DNA of 41,252 nt, taken from NCBI GenBank assembly GCA_022573485.1, contig JACZTW010000001.1, forward strand, positions 1-41,252, given 5' to 3'. How positions within the stretch are numbered: the first letter of the stretch is position 1; every line of letters starts with the position of its first letter. Below, in pieces: positions 21,953-30,927 of the stretch. The translations under genes were made by a program, and so were the position numbers. This DNA comes from Planctomycetota bacterium (GTDB lineage Bacteria; Planctomycetota; Phycisphaerae; UBA1845; CAIVHJ01). The notes beneath the pieces are model-generated. The model was given only the letters and a program-made list of their open reading frames with translations, was not told the origin of the DNA and did no database searches.

Positions 21953-24151
21953 ATGAACATTCAACAAGCACGGCAGCAGATTATCGCGCTCCGGCAGCAG
22001 GGGAAGAAATACGCCGTGCTCGATGTCGGCTGGCGGTATCTGGCGGCGGTGCCTGACGACACCGAGATCACGGAGTTGGTGCTTGGAGGGCTGCTGGATG
22101 TCGGTTTGGGCGGGCTGGTCCGCGAGTTGCTCCAACTCCGCGGGGATCTTGATCAACAGGCGGCCAAGAAATGGCAGGCCGCTGCCGATGCGGTGCCGGT
22201 GGGGCGCGTGCCCTGGACGGAGCTGGCCGACACCTATCGAGCGAATCTCGCTCTGCTGATCGCCAATCATCCACACATGGCGGAACATGAACAGGCGTTG
22301 GAGCAGTCGTTGCGCGGTCTACACTTGTACCGTACGACGGATGGGCACCATCTGCTGTCGCGTCGCCAGGCCGGGCATTACCGCGAGTGGCTGCCGGCGA
22401 TCACGGACCATACGCACGACGTGAAAATGGAGCTACCGGAGCTGCGCCACGGTACGCCGATCTTCATCGACGGCATTTCGCTCGGCCCGATCGTGGAGCG
22501 CGTGTTTGATGCCACGGCTTCGATCGGCCTCAATCAGAGTTTGCCGGTGTTTTTGGTTGATGAAGAATTGTCTCACCTGGCGGCATGGCTGCACGTGGCG
22601 GATCGCTCGAAGCAGCTTGCGGATGAACGGTTCTTCGTGTTCTGCGGAGCGCGGGCGCTCGATGACCTCGTGGAGTTTCTTGACGGACATGACGATCTGG
22701 CCAGCGCGCCCTGTTGCGCGATCACGCCGCCGGGTGTCGTCGCGCTGCGGGACAAGTTGATGTCTCTTCATGCGGGCGTCCTGTTGCGCCGACAGAACGC
22801 ATACTTGGAAATCGTGAAGCAACTGAAGGATCGCTACGCCCAGCGCGACCTGGACTACTGGCGGGCTCGGGTGCAGGACAAAGGTCCGGTTATTGCGGTG
22901 ACTTCGCGGGCGACAACGATGTTGCAGTACTCTGCCCGAGATATTGGGCATGCACTCGAAGATATGGGCTATGAGTTCCACTTGCTGATCGAAGCAGCGG
23001 ATCATCTTCAGCTTACGGGACTTCATGTTGTGCGGCACATCTTGGAAGTCGATCCAGTGTTATGCGTGCTGATCGACCATCTTCGCTGCGAGCAAGACAA
23101 ACTGCTGTTCAACATTCCGACGCTGACCTGGGTGCAGGATCCGCTTCCGAATTTGCTCAATGCCCAAGCCGGGGCATCGATCGGGCCCCTTGATTTTGTG
23201 TGCGGCTATTATCAGGATCGTCTGGTGGGTGAGTTCGGCTATCCCGAGTCGCAGTTCATCGTCGCTCCGTTTCCAGTCTCGACGCGTGCGTTCCACGCGG
23301 ATCCGGTTTCAACAGATCACGGGCCGGAGTACGACTGTGACATCGTTTACGTCGGCCACATGCCGGGCACGATGGAGTCGCACTTTGCGAAGTGGCACGG
23401 CGACAGCCCGGCCGAAATCGGGCCGTTTCTTCAGATCCTCTACGAACGCGTCAAAAATGTTCTGGACAGTGGAAAACACATTACGCTGCCGGCCGTGTTC
23501 TTACGCGGGATCGTGAACGAACTTGGCGTGCGCATGGACGAAAAGGAATTCGAGAATCTGGCCTACGCGTTCGCCTACCGCCTGTTCGACCTGGGCTATC
23601 GGCAGCAGACATTGTCGTGGGTCGGCGAATGGGCCCGGCGGACCGGGCGCCGGTTCCGGATCTACGGCAGAGGTTGGGATGATCATTCAGAGTTGGGCAG
23701 TTTCGCAGCCGGTCCGATCGCGCATGGCGAACCGTTGCGGCGTGTGTATTGCTCCACGCCCCTTGTCTTGCAGTGCATTCCGGGCGGTTTCATGCATCAG
23801 CGGACCTACGAGGCAATCGCCTGCGGCGCACTCGTTCTGGTGCGCTTCAGTCCCAAGGATTTCTATCAAGTCTCCGTCGAAGAGTGGACGCGGCGCACCG
23901 CAGCCGGTGAAGTGATGGACAGCGCTGCCAACGACTTCCCAGGCCTCGCAAAACTCGTGTTCCACGATGCCGCAGAATTTGAACAATCAGCGGAAAAGTA
24001 TTTACAAGATCGCCGCACGCGCGAACGCACATTGGCGCCGATTCGCGATGTGGTGCTCCAAAAATACACCTACGCCAGTGTGATGAAGCGAATCATGACC
24101 GAGATCAAGCAGCGCCTGGGCACGGCCGAACTGGCTGAGGCCGCTCGCTGA
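21953..24151 (+). CDS. Large two-part protein: unknown N-terminal ~350 aa plus a C-terminal CgeB-like (GT-B, Glyco_trans_1_2-type) glycosyltransferase domain
   Basis: The C-terminal region has ...DCDIVYVGHMPG..., ...RFRIYGRGW... and ...HQRTYEAIACGALVLV..., a pattern seen in CgeB-family/DUF3880-type proteins. The N-terminal part has no motif I can name with confidence. Confidence 0.5.
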   Translation: MNIQQARQQIIALRQQGKKYAVLDVGWRYLAAVPDDTEITELVLGGLLDVGLGGLVRELLQLRGDLDQQAAKKWQAAADAVPVGRVPWTELADTYRANLALLIANHPHMAEHEQALEQSLRGLHLYRTTDGHHLLSRRQAGHYREWLPAITDHTHDVKMELPELRHGTPIFIDGISLGPIVERVFDATASIGLNQSLPVFLVDEELSHLAAWLHVADRSKQLADERFFVFCGARALDDLVEFLDGHDDLASAPCCAITPPGVVALRDKLMSLHAGVLLRRQNAYLEIVKQLKDRYAQRDLDYWRARVQDKGPVIAVTSRATTMLQYSARDIGHALEDMGYEFHLLIEAADHLQLTGLHVVRHILEVDPVLCVLIDHLRCEQDKLLFNIPTLTWVQDPLPNLLNAQAGASIGPLDFVCGYYQDRLVGEFGYPESQFIVAPFPVSTRAFHADPVSTDHGPEYDCDIVYVGHMPGTMESHFAKWHGDSPAEIGPFLQILYERVKNVLDSGKHITLPAVFLRGIVNELGVRMDEKEFENLAYAFAYRLFDLGYRQQTLSWVGEWARRTGRRFRIYGRGWDDHSELGSFAAGPIAHGEPLRRVYCSTPLVLQCIPGGFMHQRTYEAIACGALVLVRFSPKDFYQVSVEEWTRRTAAGEVMDSAANDFPGLAKLVFHDAAEFEQSAEKYLQDRRTRERTLAPIRDVVLQKYTYASVMKRIMTEIKQRLGTAELAEAAR

Positions 24152-25058
24152 TCGTTCGCTGATAGTGATACCCGATTCGAAAGCAAATGAACTTCAAATA
24201 GGGCAGGTTCCAGTTCATGCGAATGAGGTTGGCGAGAAGATTGGACAGAACCCGCGCTCGCGACAGGTACAAGCCCGATTCAAACCCGTGTCGCGCCTCC
24301 AGCATATATTGACTGCGTCCGTGGTTGAAGGCTCGCCGGAGAATGAAGCGGCGCGTCAGCCGTTCGCCGGTGGCCCGGTGGTGGACGGGGGCTGCGGGCG
24401 TGTAGTGAATCTCCCAGTCGCGTTGCTCCATTCTCAAGCAAAGCTCCCCTTCCTCGCCGGCCAGCAGTCCGGCACCGCTGCGTCCCAGTTGGGGCAGGAA
24501 ACCACCGACCTCGTCGATGGCCACGCTTCGGACCGCAAAGTTCCCGCCGTAAGGAAATCGAGGGTATCGGAGTTGCGTCTGCTCGTCGCTCGGTGAAAAT
24601 CGGCCCATGGCTTCGTCGAGCCGATCGTCCCACCAGCGCGGCTTGGGCGCATCCCATTGCACTTCAATACGGCCGCCGACAACGCCCGCGCACGGATGGG
24701 CATCAAACACATCAGCGAGTGATTCAAGCCAGCTTTCTTCCGCCACTGAATCGGCATCGAGAAACGCGACCAGCGGTGCAGCGGCTTGGGCGAGCGCTCG
24801 ATTTCGGGCGTGAGAAAGGCCTTGTTGCGTTTCGGAAACCACGCGGAGGCGATGGCCGAACCGTTCCTTCAGTTCGTGAAGGACATTTGGTGTTTCGTCG
24901 GTGCTGTTATTGTCCACGACGAGCACTTCGTACGCATCCGCCGGCAGCGTTTGCGCCATGACGCTCTCGACAACGTCGGCGAGGTGATGAGCGGCGTTGT
25001 ACGCGCAGATTGCGGCAGTGATTCGATTATTGGATTGTGTTTCAGTAGACGAGTTCAT
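24105..25058 (-). CDS. Family 2 glycosyltransferase (GT-A)
   Basis: ...ITAAICAYNAAHHLADVVESVMAQT...YEVLVVDNNSTDET... and the DAD motif (FLDADS) are classic GT2 features. Its 3' end overlaps the convergent 21953-24151 gene by 47 nt. Confidence 0.88.
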   Translation of the reverse strand: MNSSTETQSNNRITAAICAYNAAHHLADVVESVMAQTLPADAYEVLVVDNNSTDETPNVLHELKERFGHRLRVVSETQQGLSHARNRALAQAAAPLVAFLDADSVAEESWLESLADVFDAHPCAGVVGGRIEVQWDAPKPRWWDDRLDEAMGRFSPSDEQTQLRYPRFPYGGNFAVRSVAIDEVGGFLPQLGRSGAGLLAGEEGELCLRMEQRDWEIHYTPAAPVHHRATGERLTRRFILRRAFNHGRSQYMLEARHGFESGLYLSRARVLSNLLANLIRMNWNLPYLKFICFRIGYHYQRTISERPQPVRPCPGAA

Positions 25059-25149
25059 TCTGAGGTATCGCGCGCATTCGCAGGACCGCTACACGTCTCA
25101 CCTTAGCGGCGCAATTCGAGAGAGCAAGCGTGTGCTGAGCGGCTGGCGC

Positions 25150-25158
25150 TGCTATAAT
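25150..25158 (+). promoter_or_regulatory. Candidate extended -10 promoter element TGcTATAAT upstream of the long glycan operon
   Basis: TGCTATAAT at 25150-25158, 40 nt upstream of the ATG at 25199, in the divergent region between the GT2 gene and the radical SAM gene. It is the same 9-mer as at 12656. Confidence 0.3.
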
Positions 25159-25198
25159 CGGAGTCGCATCGGATGCGTGAGTCCTATGAGGGCGTCAA

Positions 25199-26146
25199 AT
25201 GGACTGGATCGCCGGGAAGCACAGACCGTTCCCAACTCATATCCAAATTCAAACCACTTCCGCCTGCGGTGCGGCCTGTCAAATATGTCCGCATCCTGTC
25301 GAATCGCCTAACTGGCCCAACGGCTTGATGGGTGATGAGTTATTTGTTCACATTGTTTCGCAATTGCAGGGGCGCGCGATTGAGTACCTCTGTCCCTACT
25401 TGATGGCGGATCCAATGTCGGATCGCAGGATCTTCGATCGAGTGGAGGCCCTGCGCCAGGCTCTGCCGCAAACGACCCTCGAGATGAGCACAACCGGCCT
25501 CTATTTGGTTCCGAAACTGGCAGATCGGCTGCTGGAGTCGCCAATCTCGGAGTTGCGTATCAGCAGTCACGGGATTTCAGCCGCCGAATATGCCACGACC
25601 ATGCCGGGCGTCGATTTTGCTAAAGCAATGCCCAACATCGAGCGTTTCATTTCTGCTTGGAGCGCGCACAAGCCGTTCAAGTTGAGCGTGGTTTGCCTGT
25701 GGGGACTTTGGCCGGCGGATCGAGAGCGGGAAATCGAGGCATTCTGGAAAGAAAAGGGCGTCGAGCTGTCCAAGTGGCGCGTTATTTCACGGGCCGAACA
25801 AGTTGACCTGACGATCTACGGCGAGGCCGAGGCCGATCCGACGCCGTATCACGAAGGCAAACAAGCACCGCCGTATCTCTGTCGCCATCACCGCGACACC
25901 CAATGGCTGCACATTCTGAGCGACGGCAGAGTGACGTTGTGCTGCATGGATTATCGTCACGAAGAGATCCTCGGCGATGTTCGTGAGGCGTCGTTGGAGG
26001 AAATCTGGAACAGCGAGGCGTTCGAGCAAGCGCGCGCCCGAATTCGGGGTGATGCGCCCGCAGGTCCGAACTTCCTGTGCGATCGCTGCGAATATCACGT
26101 CAGCCGATCCGTTCATGAGCAGCGCGCGTTGGAGGCGGCGCCTTGA
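25199..26146 (+). CDS. Radical SAM enzyme with a C-terminal SPASM/twitch-like Cys-rich domain
   Basis: CGAACQIC (CxxxCxxC) occurs near the N-terminus. The C-terminal cysteines are ...YLCRHH...VTLCCMDY...FLCDRCEY. Confidence 0.85.
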   Translation: MDWIAGKHRPFPTHIQIQTTSACGAACQICPHPVESPNWPNGLMGDELFVHIVSQLQGRAIEYLCPYLMADPMSDRRIFDRVEALRQALPQTTLEMSTTGLYLVPKLADRLLESPISELRISSHGISAAEYATTMPGVDFAKAMPNIERFISAWSAHKPFKLSVVCLWGLWPADREREIEAFWKEKGVELSKWRVISRAEQVDLTIYGEAEADPTPYHEGKQAPPYLCRHHRDTQWLHILSDGRVTLCCMDYRHEEILGDVREASLEEIWNSEAFEQARARIRGDAPAGPNFLCDRCEYHVSRSVHEQRALEAAP

Positions 26147-28041
26147 GCAAATCGCTGACGTTTCTGCTGGATCGCGACGACTTGGCCTGCCTCGAGGCTC
26201 TCTGCCCGGCGGCCTTGAGCGGTACGATTGTTGCCTTTGATCCTGACTTACACATTGAGCTGCTGTCGCGGGAGGTGGCTCACGTTACTCCCTGGAGTTT
26301 TGTTGGAAGCGCCGAACTCGATGCGGTCCGGGAGTTTGAGCAGGCGGTGTGGGAGTTCTGGCGGGCGAACGCAAGCGCGCCGTTCGCCGGCATGGACTTG
26401 CTGCACATGGTCTCCTTTCGGCACCGCAGTTGCTTCAGCCGCATCGCCTGGGCGGCGTATGTGATCAGGCGGGTGTTCGAGGAAGTTCAGCCGCGGGAAG
26501 TTGCGGTGTTCGAGGAGCGCACAGGCCACGGTTTGGAGCAGCCGCCGGAACATAACAAGATGCCGTTGTTGCAAGCGTTGGTTCGCGGTGCGGCGGAGCA
26601 GGGCGGTGTGGCTGTTCGGTTGCTGCGGCGCAAGGAAGTGCCCGGGCACGGCGAGTTCGTGGACTGGACCGCGAAGAAGAGCACGGTGACGCTGCCCAAG
26701 GTTGACCTAGAGGAGGCACTGCGGGGCCGGCCTTACGTTTTGATGCCGGGCAGCGGGGTGGATTTGCTGCGTCCACTGCCGTTGGCGCGGGCGTTGCATT
26801 CCGATGGCGAGTTGGCAGTGGTTCAATTGTACAAGTCGGCGAGGCCGGAGGTGCTCAAGCAAGCCCAGGACGCCGGGCATTTTGTGTGGCACGAGTCGCA
26901 GGTCGTCGGCAATGCGGGCCCGTCAGCCGCCGCCACTTGTTTCAAAGGCTGTCGCGACCGGTTCGATCAGGCGCGGCAACGCGTTTCCGGTCATCTGCGG
27001 TCGATATTTGCCAATCCGTACATGAATATCCACTTCGATTTTATTTTCGGTGAATACTTGGCGAAGATGGCGTGGAATGTTTACGCCGCGAAGTCGTTTC
27101 TCGAACGGCATCCTCCTCATGCATTGGTCGCGACGAGCTACAGCCCGCTGAACGATGTGGCTTGCGCGGTGGGCATACCCTGCCTTGGGCTGCCGCACGG
27201 CGCCATGATGGTCGGCAACGTTCGGTGGTTCGAGGGTTACCGATCGTCGGTCATCGGGGCTCTGTCTACTCCTCATCGGCAGCGACTCATCGAGGCGGGG
27301 ATCGGCGCGGACCGTGTCGTGGTTACCGGTGATCCCAGTCTCGACGCAACGTCGCCGCCTGAGGCGGTTGATCCGCTGGCGACTCTGCGCGCATCACAAT
27401 GCCGGCAGCGGTGGGGCGTTGATTCGAATCAGCGCGCCGTATTGCTGGTGATGGGCAACATGGGGATGCTGGCCAAGCTCGGCGACCTGCCGGTCTACGA
27501 TTGGTCGGAATCGGTGCGCTGCCTTCGAGAGTTGGGCGCGATGGCGCCTCGTCATCCGGATTGGCGCTTCGTGGTGCGTCCGCATCCGCGCTACGACCAT
27601 GCAGGCTTGTACGAGTTGATCAATCGCGAGCTGCCTAAGCAACAACACTTCATCGTGGACGGCGCAGACACGCTCGAATCGGCAGTGCGGGCTGTCGATG
27701 TGGTCGTGATTTGCAATGTTCTGACCTCTGCGATCTTGGAATCCTCGCTGTGGGGCAAACCTGTATTCGTGCTGTCGCAGAGCATGATTTGGTATCAGGC
27801 TGCCGATTGGGCTACGGGGCGATGGCCTCATGTGCGGTCGATCGGGGAGCTGGAGCGGGAGTTGGAAGAAATGTTTACGAAACAAAATCGGTACAAAGAG
27901 CGTGCCAGCCAGACGCGCGCGGCGGCGAAGGAGTACTCAAGGGGTGCTCCGGCACGGGGCATCCGGGCATGCCTGGACTTGATCTACTCCATGAAGTCTC
28001 GCGCGAACGCGCCGTGCGCTCTTGCAGCGTCCGCACGATAA
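26143..28041 (+). CDS. 632-aa protein of unknown function; the C-terminal half resembles a GT-B fold (epimerase_2 / TagF / capsule-synthesis-like)
   Basis: Motifs VVVTGDPSLDA, LLVMGNMG and FVVRPHPRYDH recall GT-B sugar-nucleotide enzymes. The TTG start overlaps the radical SAM stop (TTGA). Family assignment is weak. Confidence 0.4.
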   Translation: MSKSLTFLLDRDDLACLEALCPAALSGTIVAFDPDLHIELLSREVAHVTPWSFVGSAELDAVREFEQAVWEFWRANASAPFAGMDLLHMVSFRHRSCFSRIAWAAYVIRRVFEEVQPREVAVFEERTGHGLEQPPEHNKMPLLQALVRGAAEQGGVAVRLLRRKEVPGHGEFVDWTAKKSTVTLPKVDLEEALRGRPYVLMPGSGVDLLRPLPLARALHSDGELAVVQLYKSARPEVLKQAQDAGHFVWHESQVVGNAGPSAAATCFKGCRDRFDQARQRVSGHLRSIFANPYMNIHFDFIFGEYLAKMAWNVYAAKSFLERHPPHALVATSYSPLNDVACAVGIPCLGLPHGAMMVGNVRWFEGYRSSVIGALSTPHRQRLIEAGIGADRVVVTGDPSLDATSPPEAVDPLATLRASQCRQRWGVDSNQRAVLLVMGNMGMLAKLGDLPVYDWSESVRCLRELGAMAPRHPDWRFVVRPHPRYDHAGLYELINRELPKQQHFIVDGADTLESAVRAVDVVVICNVLTSAILESSLWGKPVFVLSQSMIWYQAADWATGRWPHVRSIGELERELEEMFTKQNRYKERASQTRAAAKEYSRGAPARGIRACLDLIYSMKSRANAPCALAASAR

Positions 28042-28055
28042 GGAATCCGTGACTC

Positions 28056-28760
28056 ATGATGATTGGAGCAATCATTCAGGCGCGGATGAGTTCGGTGCGG
28101 TTGCCCGGCAAGGTCTTGATGAAGGCTGCGGGCCGGACCGTGCTGCAGTACGTCATCGAGCGATTGAAACAATGTACCGCACTCGATGGGATCGTCGTCG
28201 CCGTTTCGACGGATGATCGCGATACGCCTATCGTGAAGCACTGCGAAGAACTCGGCGTGGCGGTGTGCCGTGGCAGCTTGGATGATGTGGCGCGGCGATT
28301 CCTGGATGCTGCTGAGCGGTTCGGATTCGATGCGTTTGTGCGCGCGTGCGCCGACAGTCCTTTGCTCGATGCGGACCTTGTGGATCGTGCCGTAGAGCGT
28401 TACCGAGAATGCAAATGTGATATCGTGACAAACGTGATGCCGCGGACCTACCCGCATGGGCAATCGGTGGAGGTCGTTCGGACGGAGCTTCTGCGAGCGA
28501 CGTGGCCGAAGCTGAGCACGCCGGAACATTTGGAACACGTGACGTCGTTCTTCTATGAGCATAGGTCGGATTTCAGCATCGTGAACCTCTGTGCGCCGCG
28601 CGACATGAGTGGCCTGCGCCTGGTGGTTGATACTGAGGAAGATTGGGAGCGGTTTACCCGGATCGTGGATCGTTTTGTGGGGCCGCATTGGCAGTACGGC
28701 CTCGCGGAGATCATCGAGATTTGTGAATCGCTCGACGTGTGTGGTGTGGAACAAGCTTGA
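28056..28760 (+). CDS. Cytidylyltransferase of the SpsF / acylneuraminate cytidylyltransferase family
   Basis: GAIIQARMSSVRLPGKVL...VIERL...DGIVVAVSTDDRD matches the N-terminal signature of SpsF-type (CMP-sugar synthetase-like) enzymes. Confidence 0.8.
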   Translation: MMIGAIIQARMSSVRLPGKVLMKAAGRTVLQYVIERLKQCTALDGIVVAVSTDDRDTPIVKHCEELGVAVCRGSLDDVARRFLDAAERFGFDAFVRACADSPLLDADLVDRAVERYRECKCDIVTNVMPRTYPHGQSVEVVRTELLRATWPKLSTPEHLEHVTSFFYEHRSDFSIVNLCAPRDMSGLRLVVDTEEDWERFTRIVDRFVGPHWQYGLAEIIEICESLDVCGVEQA

Positions 28761-29764
28761 TGGTCAAGTTGCGAGCGGGCATCATTGGTCTGGGCGTCGG
28801 CGAACAGCACATCGTCGGCTATGACAAGCACCCGCAGTGTGAGGTTGTCGCGTTGTGCGATTGTGACGAGCGGCGGTTGGCGGATGCCCGACGAAAATAC
28901 CCCGCCATGCAACACTACAGCAATGCCGACGATTTGTTGGCGGAGCCGGGGATCGACGTGGTGTCGATCGCTTCGTACGACAACGACCACTACGGGCAGA
29001 CGCGGGCGGCGATCCTGGCGGGCAAGCACGTCTTTGTGGAGAAGCCTCTGTGCCTTTATCCGGAAGAAGCGCAGGCGCTGCGAATACTGCTGAACGATCA
29101 TCCCGAGGTCCTGCTGTCCTCCAATTTGATTCTGCGTAAGGTGCCCCGGTTTGTGGAACTCCGACGCCTCATCGCCGACGGCGAGCTGGGGGAGTTGTTT
29201 CACGTCGAGGGCGATTACAATTATGGGCGCCTGCACAAGATCACGGAGGGCTGGCGCGGGCAGCTCGATTTCTATTCCGTTGTCTATGGCGGCGCGGTTC
29301 ACTTGATTGATTTGCTGCTGTGGTTGACCGGCGACCGAGTCATCGAAGTGTCCGCCGTGGGGAACGCCGTTGCTTCTCGCGGGTCGCAGTTTCAATTCGA
29401 TGATTTGGTGGTCGCTCTGTTGCGCTTCGAAAGCGGCATGGTCGGAAAGGTGAGCGCCAATTACGGCTGCATGGTGCCGCACTTCCATGGATTGACGATT
29501 TACGGTACGAAAGGGACATACATCAACGGCGCGCGCGATGCACAGTTGTATCATTCTCGCGATCCCGATCAGCCGCCACGGACGATCACAACGAAGTACC
29601 CGGGCGTTCACAAAGGCGATTTGGCTTACGACTTTGTCGAGTCGATCGTGAGCGGCCGTGTACCGCTGGTGACTATGGAAGACGTGTTTCGAGTGATGTC
29701 GGTGTGCTTTGCAATCGAGCAGGCTCGCGACCGGGGTGGGGCGGTTGAGGTGGAATACATTTGA
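28760..29764 (+). CDS. Gfo/Idh/MocA-family NAD(P)-dependent oxidoreductase
   Basis: MVKLRAGIIGLGVGEQH... is the Rossmann N-terminus, followed by ...KHVFVEKPLC... (the EKP motif). Its ATG overlaps the previous stop (TGATG). Confidence 0.85.
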   Translation: MVKLRAGIIGLGVGEQHIVGYDKHPQCEVVALCDCDERRLADARRKYPAMQHYSNADDLLAEPGIDVVSIASYDNDHYGQTRAAILAGKHVFVEKPLCLYPEEAQALRILLNDHPEVLLSSNLILRKVPRFVELRRLIADGELGELFHVEGDYNYGRLHKITEGWRGQLDFYSVVYGGAVHLIDLLLWLTGDRVIEVSAVGNAVASRGSQFQFDDLVVALLRFESGMVGKVSANYGCMVPHFHGLTIYGTKGTYINGARDAQLYHSRDPDQPPRTITTKYPGVHKGDLAYDFVESIVSGRVPLVTMEDVFRVMSVCFAIEQARDRGGAVEVEYI

Positions 29765-29777
29765 CGGAGATTCGTTG

Positions 29778-30926
29778 GTGAGAACGGTACCATTTGGACG
29801 CCCGATGATTGGTGAAGAGGAGCGCCGCGCGGTCGATGCGGTCCTGCAAGGCCATGTTTTGACGCACGGTTCGCGCGTGCGGGAATTTGAAGCCGCCTTC
29901 GCACGATACACCGGCGCGCCGCACGCAGTGGCCACCGCCTCCTGCACAGCGGCAATGCAGTTGGCTTACATGCATCTGGGCATTGGCCCGGGCGATGAAG
30001 TCATCGTGCCCGCACAAACGCACGTTGGTACGGCTCACGCAGTCGAGCTGTGTGGGGCCGGGTGCTTGTTTGCGGATTCAGAGCCTCTCACGGGAAACAT
30101 TGATTTGGATCAAGTTGAAGCGCTGGTTTCGGATCGCACGCGGGCGCTGGCGGTCGTCCACTATCTGGGTGTGCCGGTTGATATGGATCGAGTGATGGAC
30201 ATCGCAGAGCGTCATAGGTTGTTCGTGGTTGAGGATTGTGCTCTGGCGCTGGGAGCGACTTACCAGCGGGCTCACGTTGGCCTGCGGGGCGACGTGGGGT
30301 GTTTTTCATTCTATCCTGTCAAACATATCACAACCGCCGAGGGCGGGATGTTGATTACACGTCATGCGGATCTGGCTGAGCGGGTGGCATCGCTGCGCGC
30401 GTTCGGCATTGATCGGCACGATCCAGAACGACGAGATACGCCGGGTGAGTACGATGTTGCACTGCTTGGCGCCAACTTCCGCATGAATGAAATGGGGGCG
30501 GCCCTCGGTGTCGAGCAAATGAAGCGCTTGCCGGAGTTCCTCAAGCGGCGGCGGGAAAATTACGAGGTTCTGAGGGATGGGCTGGCGGGCATTGAGCAAT
30601 TGGAGTTTCTTGATCCGGCTGCTGGGGATTATCAACAGAGTCACTACTGCTTGGTCGTGCTGCTGCGGGATTCGATCTATCGACGCCGGCCGGAGATTAT
30701 TAAACAGTTAGGCGATCGCGGCATAGGCACGAGTATTTACTATCCGAAGCCAGTTCCGCACATGAGCTACTACCGGGGCAAGTATGGGATTTCGGAGAGT
30801 GACCTCCCCGTTGCTTCCAGAATCAGCTTGCGGTCCTTGGCGCTGCCCGTCGGTCCCCACCTGAACGTGGACGACATGCACTATATGGTCAATAATGTCG
30901 CCGAAGTACTTAGGCGACTGGAGTAA
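29778..30926 (+). CDS. DegT/DnrJ/EryC1/StrS-family PLP-dependent sugar aminotransferase
   Basis: VPFGRPMIGEEERRAVDAVLQGHVLTHGSRVREFEAAFARYTG...; ...FSFYPVKHITTAEGGM... holds the PLP lysine in the PVKHIT context. A GTG start at 29778 is assumed; TTG at 29775 is also possible. Confidence 0.88.
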   Translation: MRTVPFGRPMIGEEERRAVDAVLQGHVLTHGSRVREFEAAFARYTGAPHAVATASCTAAMQLAYMHLGIGPGDEVIVPAQTHVGTAHAVELCGAGCLFADSEPLTGNIDLDQVEALVSDRTRALAVVHYLGVPVDMDRVMDIAERHRLFVVEDCALALGATYQRAHVGLRGDVGCFSFYPVKHITTAEGGMLITRHADLAERVASLRAFGIDRHDPERRDTPGEYDVALLGANFRMNEMGAALGVEQMKRLPEFLKRRRENYEVLRDGLAGIEQLEFLDPAAGDYQQSHYCLVVLLRDSIYRRRPEIIKQLGDRGIGTSIYYPKPVPHMSYYRGKYGISESDLPVASRISLRSLALPVGPHLNVDDMHYMVNNVAEVLRRLE

Positions 30927-30927
30927 C

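Noticed and set aside
25059-25198. A RiPP precursor peptide gene next to the radical SAM/SPASM enzyme.
   Set aside because: I found no short ORF with a start codon plus Shine-Dalgarno in the flanking spacers. The surrounding genes are all sugar-nucleotide enzymes, so a carbohydrate substrate is more likely.
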